This document shows positions 38,257 to 46,788 of a stretch of 64,000 nucleotides of DNA, piece after piece; within the stretch, counting starts at the first letter, position 1, and the number at the start of each line of letters is the position of its first letter. The notes under the pieces were generated by a model. That model was not told the DNA's origin. It was given only the letters and a program-made list of their open reading frames with translations, and did not search any database. The translations under genes and the position numbers were made by a program. The stretch is from a virus (taxonomy: Duplodnaviria > Caudoviricetes). The DNA lies in the IMG/VR virus record IMGVR_UViG_3300027793_000063, positions 32,001-96,000 of that record. One strand, given 5' to 3'.

Positions 38257-38902
38257 TGATTCTGGTAATGTGACGTTCGACTAGGTCGTAGGTCATGGGT
38301 TGCTTGTCGATTCTGCCGTCTATTTTGTGGTGCCGGCTGACGAACATACGGCGCTGTCCATCTGCGCACCGCTCCATCGTCACGACGATTCGGTGCGGTG
38401 CGAATTTGTCAGCCAGCGGTATCAGCTCCGGGTGCTGCGTCAGGGAGACGTCCACGCTCGTCGGCCAGCCGGCGTCGTAGCGCAGCGTGAACCATCCGCG
38501 CAGCCCGAACGCGTTGAACGCGAGGACGCAGATCGACAGCGCGCAATCGGTGGCCAGCTGCATCGCTTCTGAGAAAGTTGCCGCCGACGCCCATCCCACC
38601 ATGGCCTCCACGCAGGTGCGCGTTACCCTCGCGGGTGCCACGCTGCTCAGCGGCTGGCCGACGACGTCGCAGATGCGCGCAGCCCGCCCGGTTCGCATCC
38701 GTCCGCGATACGGCTTGCTTTTGGAAAGCAGCCGCTTGGCAGTAATCTGCGAGCAGTTCAGCAGCTTCGCAACCGCAGCGCAGCGGTTCGGGAAGCCGTC
38801 GGCATACGAGGACAGGTATTGCATCAGCAGCGGAGTCGACTCCGCTGGCAGCAGACGGTTCTCCGCCCTGCCGATGACACCACCGGCCGGTCCCGCTGAC
38901 AT
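38186..38902 (-). CDS. hypothetical protein, possible HTH
   Basis: AVAKLLNCSQITAKRLL is HTH-like. Confidence 0.5.
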   Translation of the reverse strand: MSAGPAGGVIGRAENRLLPAESTPLLMQYLSSYADGFPNRCAAVAKLLNCSQITAKRLLSKSKPYRGRMRTGRAARICDVVGQPLSSVAPARVTRTCVEAMVGWASAATFSEAMQLATDCALSICVLAFNAFGLRGWFTLRYDAGWPTSVDVSLTQHPELIPLADKFAPHRIVVTMERCADGQRRMFVSRHHKIDGRIDKQPMTYDLVERHITRINALTTHHAAGLEREVRIQTPEPR

Positions 38903-39088
38903 TTACTTCGCGCCCATGACCGTCTTGAAGAATCCGGACACGTTGCGCTCGCGCCGCGTGTCCTGCTTCACATAACTCGCATTCAGCGCGCTGCGGCGGG
39001 GCTCCGCAATGATCGCTGTGCTGTGGTCGAAACCTTGACGGCGGGCGTTGCGGATCTGCTCTTGTGTGGGTTGGGATTGGCTCATGGA
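38903..39088 (-). CDS. small hypothetical protein
   Basis: MSQSQPTQEQIRNARR...MGAK; starts just after the upstream stop. Confidence 0.5.
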   Translation of the reverse strand, partial: SMSQSQPTQEQIRNARRQGFDHSTAIIAEPRRSALNASYVKQDTRRERNVSGFFKTVMGAK

Positions 39089-39089
39089 A

Positions 39090-41927
39090 TTAGTCGGGTA
39101 GTTTGAGGGTCTTCCCCCGCAGGTTGCTGGGGCTGACCCACTCCTTCTTACCCGTGCGCCGGTTGACGAGCAACTGATAAATTCGACCGTCAGATCCGAC
39201 ACGGGCGCCGTGCGCCAGTCGGACGTCGATGCCGGCTTTTTCAGAATTGCCAGTCCAGTAGCCAGAAGTCCCTTTTTTGCCGCGCACATGCAACTGACCG
39301 CCCGGGACAGTGGCGCAGTAGACCAGCCCGCTGTGCGGCTGTCGGGACCAGTGCGCCTTTGAAATCTTCCGATCTTCGCGGCGCCAGATTCTCACATTGA
39401 AATATGGACGTCCGGCTGTTGTCTCGCCAACCTGCTTCGTGTAGGCCGAGTATCCCAATCCCATCGCCAACCGCTCTACGGATGCTGCAAGTCGCGCAGA
39501 GACAGTGCAGTATTTGAAACACTTGCTGGTATCAGTTCCGTCGCCGCGGATCAACGCATCAAGCATGCGCTGACGCGCTAGCAACGGCGCGGAGAATAGC
39601 GCATCCGGGATGTGTTTGTCGAAGCAGCCGCAGTCCCACTGTCGAAAATAATCGACGAACTGCAGGCCGGTGACGACGAGCGATGTCCCAGTCCCCGCAG
39701 CTCCCGGCAGTCCCATACGCCTGAACAGCGTAGAAATGCGCCGACGATTATCTGGATTTGCGACAGGACATTGGGTGATCGCCACTCGCTGTGTGCGGTG
39801 TCCATTTTTTCTTACGCCGTCAAACAGCGATCCTTCAGAAAGCCACCACCCCATGAATTCGCACCAGTCGCCGATGGTAAACGGCCCATAATGCTTCTGC
39901 GCGCTATACTTGCTCAACTTCTCGACCTCTGGCAGCTCAAAGTGCGTCATACTGGGATCCCCGATTTCCGGCTCGTGACGCGCTGGAATCCATAATGACG
40001 CGCCTTCTACTTCGTCCGCAGTCGCTACGCTGAAATCCCTGGTGTAGAAGTCGCGCTTGTGGATCACCCTGTGCTGCGGTGTCAGTGCCATACGCAATGT
40101 CTTGTGCTCTGCCACGATGAGATCCCCCTCGTAGTGTTCACGCACAATTCGCTCCGCGGGATGCCACTCGAGTCGACCGTCTATTTTACAGGCAAAAACC
40201 TCGTCGTCCGTGACCGCATCCCAACGCACCCATCCGCGGCGTGTATAAACCTCGTGATCGGCGGGAATGCATTCCGGCCCCGCGATCGGATCCACGAAGC
40301 CGAACTGCGTGGCGCTGACTGCCGTCATGTCGTCCGTGATGGCATTCGGGTCGCCGATGCCGCCGGGTCCCATTTTGGTGATGCGACGCTTCTGCTCGAG
40401 GATGTGCATCGGGTTGATCTCCTCCAGCGCTGTGACCAGCGGATTGGACTTGAGGTAGCCCATCGTGTATCCGCCGAACGCGTCCGGGCCCACAGGGTCC
40501 AGTGTACGTATGCGGCTCAGCCGTCCCATCATCGCGCGCAGGGTATGTCCGTGGTCGAGCTTGACACGCTCGGCCATCAGGCGGTCCACCGTGTGGACGC
40601 GGTCGTTCGGCAGGCTGTCGCGGTCGTCCGTCTCAGCCAGGCCGCGGTTCACGGCCAGCAGCTTCTCGGTGGCAGCCAGCAGGCCGTCGATACCCACCGG
40701 CGCATACTTCTCGTGCTCGTCGTCGTCCGCCAGGTAGCGGTGATGCGCCATGGGCGACTTCATCGGTGCTTTCGGCATCGGCTTCGGAACTCCGATCGGG
40801 ACGTAGGTCGATGCCGCCTTCGCAAACGCAGTCGGGCCATAATCCTGCGGATTGGCAAGCTGGTCCTCGTAAATGGGCACCTCACCCATCAATTGCCGAA
40901 GAGCGCGCGCCGTCACATTGCCGTGCAGCGCGTTATCCCGATGGGTCAGGTTGAACCGATCCGCCACCCACTTCCGACGATCGTCAGGCGTCTTGTCGAA
41001 ATTCCTGATGAAGCCCTGCCGGGTGTTGAACGTCATGACGTCATCATCCACCAGCTCCACCCGATGCAGCGGCTCATCCTCCTCTGGCTCGATCTCGGGA
41101 TGTTCCAGCCCCTGCGCGACGAGGTAGGCGCGCAATTTCTCCAGTGCGACATCAGCGTGCTTGTCCTCCACCGAGGCATGCACATCCCCGGTGTGAGCGT
41201 CATTCACGGCCAGGCCCGAAGCTTGCAGCTCCTTGAGGATCGCGTGCCAGTTCTTCCGCAGCCCCACGCCCTGCAGCTTGTCGCCGGACAGCCGGAAAGT
41301 CTTCGCCATCTTTTCCATCGGAAACTCCAGATACTTCGGATCGATCTTCCCCGTCGGATGGATGATCTGGACGTGCGGCACATCGCCGGCATACCGGCCG
41401 TGCCCGGGCTCGAAGTGCTTCCACAGTTCCTTCGGATTCTTCGCGCGCTCGATGAGCTGCTTGATCTCATCGATCTTCAGGTCGTGATGACGCTGGGCGA
41501 GGATCGGCTCTTTCTCTTCGTCCGACATGGCGTCCCACTCCTCGTCGCTCAGATGTCCCCACAGTTCCTTCCCTGGGGCCAGCTCGACGCCGTGGAGGCG
41601 CGTGTCCGGTGCGTCCCGCAGCAGGGCTTCGAGATCGATCTGCAGCGGCACAGACTTCCGCTGGTTCATCGGGTGTGTCGCGTCACCCTTGATGCGGTCC
41701 GTGTCGGGCTGCCCGAAGAATGCGGACGGGCCGGCGAACGACGCCTTCCACGGCTCGTCCTTCAGCTTCTGCTCCCGGAATGCCAGCCACTCGTCGGCCG
41801 CCTTGCCGGGGCGTGCGAGTTCCAGCAGGTGCCGGTTCTCGGGCTGCGCCAGGACGTCGCCGGACAGCAGCCCGTGCTCGCGGACTGAGTCCAGCGTTTC
41901 TTCAGGGATGTAGGACAGGAGCTTCAT
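39090..41927 (-). CDS. rpoB: polyprotein: ART-like domain + acylphosphatase-like domain + RNA polymerase beta middle segment with intein
   Basis: DDRDSLPNDRVHTV (cf. DDIDHLGNRRIRSV), INPMHILEQKRRITKMGPGG (cf. [19 protein letters not shown]), QFGFVDPIAGPE|SEKAG (cf. HYGRVCPIETPEGPNIG); LSGDKLQGVGLR is acylphosphatase-like. Confidence 0.85.
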   Translation of the reverse strand: MKLLSYIPEETLDSVREHGLLSGDVLAQPENRHLLELARPGKAADEWLAFREQKLKDEPWKASFAGPSAFFGQPDTDRIKGDATHPMNQRKSVPLQIDLEALLRDAPDTRLHGVELAPGKELWGHLSDEEWDAMSDEEKEPILAQRHHDLKIDEIKQLIERAKNPKELWKHFEPGHGRYAGDVPHVQIIHPTGKIDPKYLEFPMEKMAKTFRLSGDKLQGVGLRKNWHAILKELQASGLAVNDAHTGDVHASVEDKHADVALEKLRAYLVAQGLEHPEIEPEEDEPLHRVELVDDDVMTFNTRQGFIRNFDKTPDDRRKWVADRFNLTHRDNALHGNVTARALRQLMGEVPIYEDQLANPQDYGPTAFAKAASTYVPIGVPKPMPKAPMKSPMAHHRYLADDDEHEKYAPVGIDGLLAATEKLLAVNRGLAETDDRDSLPNDRVHTVDRLMAERVKLDHGHTLRAMMGRLSRIRTLDPVGPDAFGGYTMGYLKSNPLVTALEEINPMHILEQKRRITKMGPGGIGDPNAITDDMTAVSATQFGFVDPIAGPECIPADHEVYTRRGWVRWDAVTDDEVFACKIDGRLEWHPAERIVREHYEGDLIVAEHKTLRMALTPQHRVIHKRDFYTRDFSVATADEVEGASLWIPARHEPEIGDPSMTHFELPEVEKLSKYSAQKHYGPFTIGDWCEFMGWWLSEGSLFDGVRKNGHRTQRVAITQCPVANPDNRRRISTLFRRMGLPGAAGTGTSLVVTGLQFVDYFRQWDCGCFDKHIPDALFSAPLLARQRMLDALIRGDGTDTSKCFKYCTVSARLAASVERLAMGLGYSAYTKQVGETTAGRPYFNVRIWRREDRKISKAHWSRQPHSGLVYCATVPGGQLHVRGKKGTSGYWTGNSEKAGIDVRLAHGARVGSDGRIYQLLVNRRTGKKEWVSPSNLRGKTLKLPD
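39246..40271 (-). mobile_element. intein (342 aa) with LAGLIDADG homing endonuclease
   Basis: Starts CIPADHEVYTRRGW, block B LTPQHRV, DOD motifs FMGWWLSEGS and LDALIRGDG, block F VYCATV, ends GN followed by Ser+1; removal restores the RpoB motif; lower GC. Confidence 0.92.
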
Positions 41928-42226
41928 AACGTCGCGCAGGTTGGTTGCGGCATGCTGCGTATCCAGACTGCCTCCACCCCGTGCTCGATCCCGCTCATGC
42001 CCAAAGGAGGGCGATGAGTAGTGACGTATTCAAGCGTTCCGCGCATGAGATCAGTCACCGCCTTGATTTGAGCATCGCACGTGTCTGACAATTCTTGCGT
42101 CAGAGTCCCGTCGCCGGGCAGAGAGATTACCATGAACCACATGTCTTCGTCCGCCGCCTTGCGTATCTCGAAAGGCAGAGCGAAAACTCCCAGCGCCTCA
42201 TAGCCTCCACGTTGTGATTGTGTCAT
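41924..42226 (-). CDS. hypothetical protein between RNAP fragments
   Basis: 100 aa, lower GC. Confidence 0.5.
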   Translation of the reverse strand: MTQSQRGGYEALGVFALPFEIRKAADEDMWFMVISLPGDGTLTQELSDTCDAQIKAVTDLMRGTLEYVTTHRPPLGMSGIEHGVEAVWIRSMPQPTCATL

Positions 42227-42227
42227 T

Positions 42228-43715
42228 TTATTGTAGATCCTCCGGTTTGATGTGTCCCTCCAGCGCCAGCGTCATCAGCTCCCCAGGTCCGGGAGCGTCG
42301 TCGGTCTTGGCACCGCGGCCGCGCGCCAGCTTGGCTAGGCGTTCGCGCTCGGAGTCGTCGAAGTCGTGCCGCTGCATGTAGTGGCGGACATACTCCTTAC
42401 GGCGGTAGCCTTCCATCTCCTCCTTGAAGTCTTCCCGCTGCTTAGCGGGCAGCAGCTTCAGCGGGTCGATGCCCCAGTTGACCAGGGCGAACGCGCGGCG
42501 TGGTGTCGGCTTGGCCTCGAACTGCGCGCCGGTCCGAGCCTTGAAACTTTTCCACCTGGCGATCTGCTTCTCGTCTGTCTCGCCGCGGCGACCGGTGTGG
42601 TAGTTCTCATACCACTGCAGCCAGCCCTGCTTGTCGGTGTCGTCCAGCCAGTGCTCCGGCCACGCGCGCATGGACGCAAGGCGCGGACCTTTGCCGCCGT
42701 AGATCGCGTTGTAGGACTCCTTGAGTTCGTCCGGCGTGAAGTCCGGGGAGAACGCCGCGCGCTTGGTCAGCGGCACGTCGAACGATTCCCACTGTCCCCA
42801 TATCTGTTCGGGCGTGAAGTCAGGATCGAACGGGACGGCTGCCGCCTTGGTCATGCGGTCGGCTGCGTCGATCGCGGCCCCCGCCATCCTCCAGCTTGCC
42901 GCCTTCTCGTGGCTGTAAAGGTTCGGCAGGTTCTGCTTGAGAATCGACTCCGCCACCTGGGCGCGGTCCAGCGCCGCCCGGATGTCCTTCACGCGGTCCT
43001 CCGGCGCGCGCGCTGGGTCGCGCTCCCACTTCGGGATCACCTTGTTGTACACGCGGTCCAGCGTGTGCCTCGAATACTTCGCCCGGTTGGCTTCGAGAAT
43101 CTCCGGCCCCCACCGGCGCGCGAGCTCCTCGTCCGTCACCCCGAGGTCCTTGAACACCGAGTAGGCGTGCAGGTCCGACGATCCCACCTTGAGACGATAC
43201 TGCGCCGTGCGCGGGTCGAACGACACCCGCATGGCCGAGCCGGTGCCGGGGCGCACGTTCAGATGCGTCTCGAGTTCGCCATTGTCCCGGCGTCGCGTGT
43301 AGGCCCCAGGCAGCAGGCGCGACTGCATGGCTGGGGCATACTCGGATCCGTTCTCGATGAACGTCCCGCGCTCCGTCAGGTAAGGCACTCGGGCCAGCGT
43401 CACATTCTTGCGCTCGTCGAGCACCTCGTTGGTCACGTCGTCCACGAGCCGCATCGTTCCGCGCAGCCGGCGCACGAGCGACTTGTCGTCCAGCAGCGCC
43501 TCGCGTTGCTCGGCTTTGGTGAACCTCGCCGGACCGACATACTTCATGTCTTTCAGCTCCAGCCGGACTCCGCCGTAGGCGTAGCCGTTGACGTAGCGCT
43601 GCATGGACTGCATCACAGAGGTATCGATCGCCTCCCGCGTGGCGTCGGAATCTTCCGGGTCGCGAAGCGTGACGCCTTCTGGCGGCTCAGGGATGTCGGA
43701 GGATGGGTTCGGCAC
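42228..43715 (-). CDS. rpoB: RNA polymerase beta N-terminal segment fused to a Trp-rich domain of unknown function
   Basis: RRLRGTMRL...NVTLARVPYLTERGTFIENGSEYAPAMQSRLLPGAY (cf. [36 protein letters not shown]); C-terminal GWLQWYENYHTGRR...QIARW. Confidence 0.85.
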   Translation of the reverse strand: MPNPSSDIPEPPEGVTLRDPEDSDATREAIDTSVMQSMQRYVNGYAYGGVRLELKDMKYVGPARFTKAEQREALLDDKSLVRRLRGTMRLVDDVTNEVLDERKNVTLARVPYLTERGTFIENGSEYAPAMQSRLLPGAYTRRRDNGELETHLNVRPGTGSAMRVSFDPRTAQYRLKVGSSDLHAYSVFKDLGVTDEELARRWGPEILEANRAKYSRHTLDRVYNKVIPKWERDPARAPEDRVKDIRAALDRAQVAESILKQNLPNLYSHEKAASWRMAGAAIDAADRMTKAAAVPFDPDFTPEQIWGQWESFDVPLTKRAAFSPDFTPDELKESYNAIYGGKGPRLASMRAWPEHWLDDTDKQGWLQWYENYHTGRRGETDEKQIARWKSFKARTGAQFEAKPTPRRAFALVNWGIDPLKLLPAKQREDFKEEMEGYRRKEYVRHYMQRHDFDDSERERLAKLARGRGAKTDDAPGPGELMTLALEGHIKPEDLQ

Positions 43716-43721
43716 GTTGTG

Positions 43722-43750
43722 GTTCTACCCTGTTTGTGCGCCCGATGCAA
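43722..43750 (-). promoter_or_regulatory. sigma70-like promoter, near-leaderless
   Basis: TTGCAT-17nt-TAGAAC, then 6 nt to GTG 43715. Confidence 0.45.
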
Positions 43751-43751
43751 T

Positions 43752-44396
43752 CTACGGATTTATCCGATCTCGCGCATCTTCGCCAATTGTTGCGGACGCG
43801 GGCGCTCTCACGAGCGGGGACCTGTTCGCCTCGTCCTGTTTTCGCTTCTTCTCGAGTGACAGATACGCCGCCACTTGGTGCGCGTTCTCATCCATCCACT
43901 CGATGCACTTCATCGCCGGCGCGTGCCAGCACTTGCAGTCGATCACGTATTCCACGCCGCCGAAGATCACGGTGCCGATCGACCACTGGCGCGCGACGGC
44001 GTCCGGATCCGCTTCCAGCGCTTCGAGCTCTCCCTCGTTCCAGTCGTAGCCGGTGTCCGGGGCGTAGAACTGCCGACCGCACGCGCACTCACGGCGACAG
44101 CCGGCGGTGCGACTGGTGAATGCCTGCTCGAAGTTCTGAAGCTTCGGAGGCAGCTCGTCCCACGTGGCGACGCCGCTCCATTTTTTGACTTCAGACGCCG
44201 TCGCGCTGTCGGAACGACCCATTTTGTCGAGCCACAGCACAGTGATGCGTCCACCGCCGGATGAACCAACGGACCCGATCACGACGTCTGACTTGAACAG
44301 GAATCCCTTATCCAACGTCAGGCTCAACGATTCGGCGTCGTCGCAACTCTCCATCGCTTTACGCAGATCGCCTACGGTATGAATTTTAGCACTCAT
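43752..44396 (-). CDS. hypothetical protein
   Basis: 214 aa; CACG and CKC motifs. Confidence 0.6.
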   Translation of the reverse strand: MSAKIHTVGDLRKAMESCDDAESLSLTLDKGFLFKSDVVIGSVGSSGGGRITVLWLDKMGRSDSATASEVKKWSGVATWDELPPKLQNFEQAFTSRTAGCRRECACGRQFYAPDTGYDWNEGELEALEADPDAVARQWSIGTVIFGGVEYVIDCKCWHAPAMKCIEWMDENAHQVAAYLSLEKKRKQDEANRSPLVRAPASATIGEDARDRINP

Positions 44397-44402
44397 CGGT
44401 TA

Positions 44403-44615
44403 TCAGACGCTCCCTTCTGTCCCCAGTTCGGCTCCCAGTTCAGCTGCTCTGCGCGCGACAGCAACCCACGAGTCGCTCTGCTTTTGCTTCCGCGGGTCTG
44501 CGCGGAACTCTGTCCATTTCGGAAGCGGCTCGCCGTTGTAGGCGACTCCTCCAACATGCAGACAAAGCTCTTCGTAGAGGATGCCTGCGAGCGTTTCGAT
44601 TTCGGTATCTTTCAT
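44403..44615 (-). CDS. hypothetical protein
   Basis: 70 aa. Confidence 0.55.
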   Translation of the reverse strand: MKDTEIETLAGILYEELCLHVGGVAYNGEPLPKWTEFRADPRKQKQSDSWVAVARRAAELGAELGTEGSV

Positions 44616-44623
44616 GTTTGTGT

Positions 44624-46351
44624 TTATCGGTTCAGGTGTTTCTCCAGGAAGTCATGCTTCGCATCGTCCGCCTCGTTCGTGTAGTCCAGCACCAGCTCCA
44701 GGTCCGCATTCGCGCGCGCAGACTTCTCGTGCAGTCGGTCGAACGACTCCTTCGGAATTTCGTCAGGACGCCGCAAGATCTGCAGCGGCTTGCGCGTGGT
44801 GGACCGCACCCATTCCAGGATGTTCTTGTCGTGCATCTTTCGCATGCGCGACATCACCGTGACCGGCTCGGCGCCGCACTGCTCCGCCAGCGCATCCACG
44901 TCGAACTGCCACCAGCCGTCCTTCTCCACGCCGACGTCGAAGATCGCGTCGCGCGTTTCCGATTCCTTCTTCGTCATGGTCGGAATGACTTCCTCAAACC
45001 GGATGCGATGCTGCCGCGCGGCGTCTGCGTCGTGCGCGAAGATTCGCTCACCCAGGCAGAACGACATGATGGCCTGGGTCGCGAACGGATCGATCGAAGC
45101 CCGCTTGCATATCTCATCGCGCGACGCCGTGATCGCCCCGTTGGCGCCCTCACGCATCTGACTTGCCGCCTTGAAGAACGCCTTGATGTCCTCCGGCGTT
45201 GGATTGCCGCAGCGGATGAAGTGCTTCCGCGTGCGAATGCCCTCAGGAGTCGGAATGATCGTGCAGTAGGAGTCGAGACCGTCTCTGCCTGCGCGACCCA
45301 CTTCTTGCGCCAAAGCCACCAGAGTGCCCGGGATGTCGAAGTGCACCACGTGTCTGATATTGCCTTTATCCACGCCCATGCCGAACGCGTTCGTGGCCAC
45401 GATGACTGCCTCGGGGTCCGCCATGAACTTGTCCTGGTTGAACCGACGATCCGGCTGCAGCATTCCGCCGTGGTAGAAGTAGACCGGGCGGTTGGTGTAG
45501 CGGCTGATGGCCGCCGCGTATTCCTCCACCCTCTTACGCGTGGAAGCGTAGACGATGGTCGGCCCCTCGCAGTTCGCAGCCACCCAGGGTGCGGCCTCCG
45601 ACATGCGGTCCAGGAACAGGGACGCCAGATGCAGATTCGTGCGGCGCGGGTAGTGGTAGATCAGCTTGGCCTTGAGGATGCCCAGACCGCTCCGCACCTC
45701 CGCCTCAGCCTCCTCGGACAGCGTCGCAGAGAACGCCGCCACCACTTTCGGCTGCACCTTCTGGATGAACTCCCCGGCGAACTTGTAGCCGGGACGGAAG
45801 GTGTCCGCCCAGTCATGGAACGTATGTGCTTCGTCCATCGCCACAAAATCAGGCGGGAACTGCGACACCACGTTCGACCACTCCGGATTCGAGAAGCGCT
45901 CCGGGCTGACCAGCATGAACTGCAGCGTGCCTGACGCCCAGTCCCGCAGCACCGAGGCGTTGTGTCCGTCTGTCTCCTGGCTGGAGATGGACGCCGCAGC
46001 AAGCCCCTTGCGCTGCATGGACGTGGCCTGGTCACGCATGAGCGCGATCAGCGGGTAGATGACGATGGTGCGCCAGCCCATGCACAGCGTCGGCACAACG
46101 AAGCATGCACTTTTCCCAGACCCGGTTGGCAGGATCGTGATCGTGTCCCGCTGCGCCATGATGGACTTCACCGATCGGTCCTGCCCCTCCCGGAGCGTGC
46201 TGAACCCCAGGCTGTTCAGGACCGCCGGCATCTTCTTCATTCCCTGCATCAGCGCCTGTATTTCGGCGGTGGTTGTTACGGCTTTCCGCGCTTCGATCGG
46301 AGGACTTTCAGTTTCGGATTCTTCGGGTTTCGGTTTGGTCAGAGTCGACAT
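44624..46351 (-). CDS. recQ: RecQ-family DNA helicase
   Basis: LPTGSGKS, PLIALMRDQ, SPER, DEAH...W...FRP.Y, SAT, YHGGM, VATNAFGMGVDK, QEVGRAGRDG. Confidence 0.93.
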   Translation of the reverse strand: MSTLTKPKPEESETESPPIEARKAVTTTAEIQALMQGMKKMPAVLNSLGFSTLREGQDRSVKSIMAQRDTITILPTGSGKSACFVVPTLCMGWRTIVIYPLIALMRDQATSMQRKGLAAASISSQETDGHNASVLRDWASGTLQFMLVSPERFSNPEWSNVVSQFPPDFVAMDEAHTFHDWADTFRPGYKFAGEFIQKVQPKVVAAFSATLSEEAEAEVRSGLGILKAKLIYHYPRRTNLHLASLFLDRMSEAAPWVAANCEGPTIVYASTRKRVEEYAAAISRYTNRPVYFYHGGMLQPDRRFNQDKFMADPEAVIVATNAFGMGVDKGNIRHVVHFDIPGTLVALAQEVGRAGRDGLDSYCTIIPTPEGIRTRKHFIRCGNPTPEDIKAFFKAASQMREGANGAITASRDEICKRASIDPFATQAIMSFCLGERIFAHDADAARQHRIRFEEVIPTMTKKESETRDAIFDVGVEKDGWWQFDVDALAEQCGAEPVTVMSRMRKMHDKNILEWVRSTTRKPLQILRRPDEIPKESFDRLHEKSARANADLELVLDYTNEADDAKHDFLEKHLNR

Positions 46352-46788
46352 GATGATAGTTGCACGGCGATGATCATGGAGAGGTCATCGCCGACTTTGA
46401 ATGTGTGGAATAAACCTCGACATCTCATGCGTTGCAGCGCCGCCAGCATGTCCGCCCACGGATCGGCGACAGCCAGCCATAACGACTCCGGGCCGGATGC
46501 GGTCGTGTCCTTCACCACATACATCGACCCCGGCGTCGACAGCAGATGTTCCGCAAGCGGCGTCGACTCCTCGTTCATGATGTCCGCCGCGACGGCCGCC
46601 ACCCACGGATACAACCCGTGGGTGGCGACGATCAACAGCCGCAAGGGTGAGTCGGCCGGCAGGCTGTCCACTGCCGCGGTCTTGACATCGTCGAGAGCGT
46701 CAGACGCCGGCACTCCCAGCAGCTTCGCCAGCATGCGGCTGACGACCGAGTCCGATGCCTTCACCGGCGACGGTGCGTGACGCTTCAC
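46339..46788 (-). CDS. hypothetical protein
   Basis: 149 aa. Confidence 0.5.
   Translation of the reverse strand: MKRHAPSPVKASDSVVSRMLAKLLGVPASDALDDVKTAAVDSLPADSPLRLLIVATHGLYPWVAAVAADIMNEESTPLAEHLLSTPGSMYVVKDTTASGPESLWLAVADPWADMLAALQRMRCRGLFHTFKVGDDLSMIIAVQLSSCRL

Noticed and set aside
24275-43715. Host chromosomal rpoBC locus broken by misassembly
   Set aside because: The fragments are diverged, fused in frame to non-RNAP domains and interleaved with phage genes, with no ribosomal-protein neighbours.
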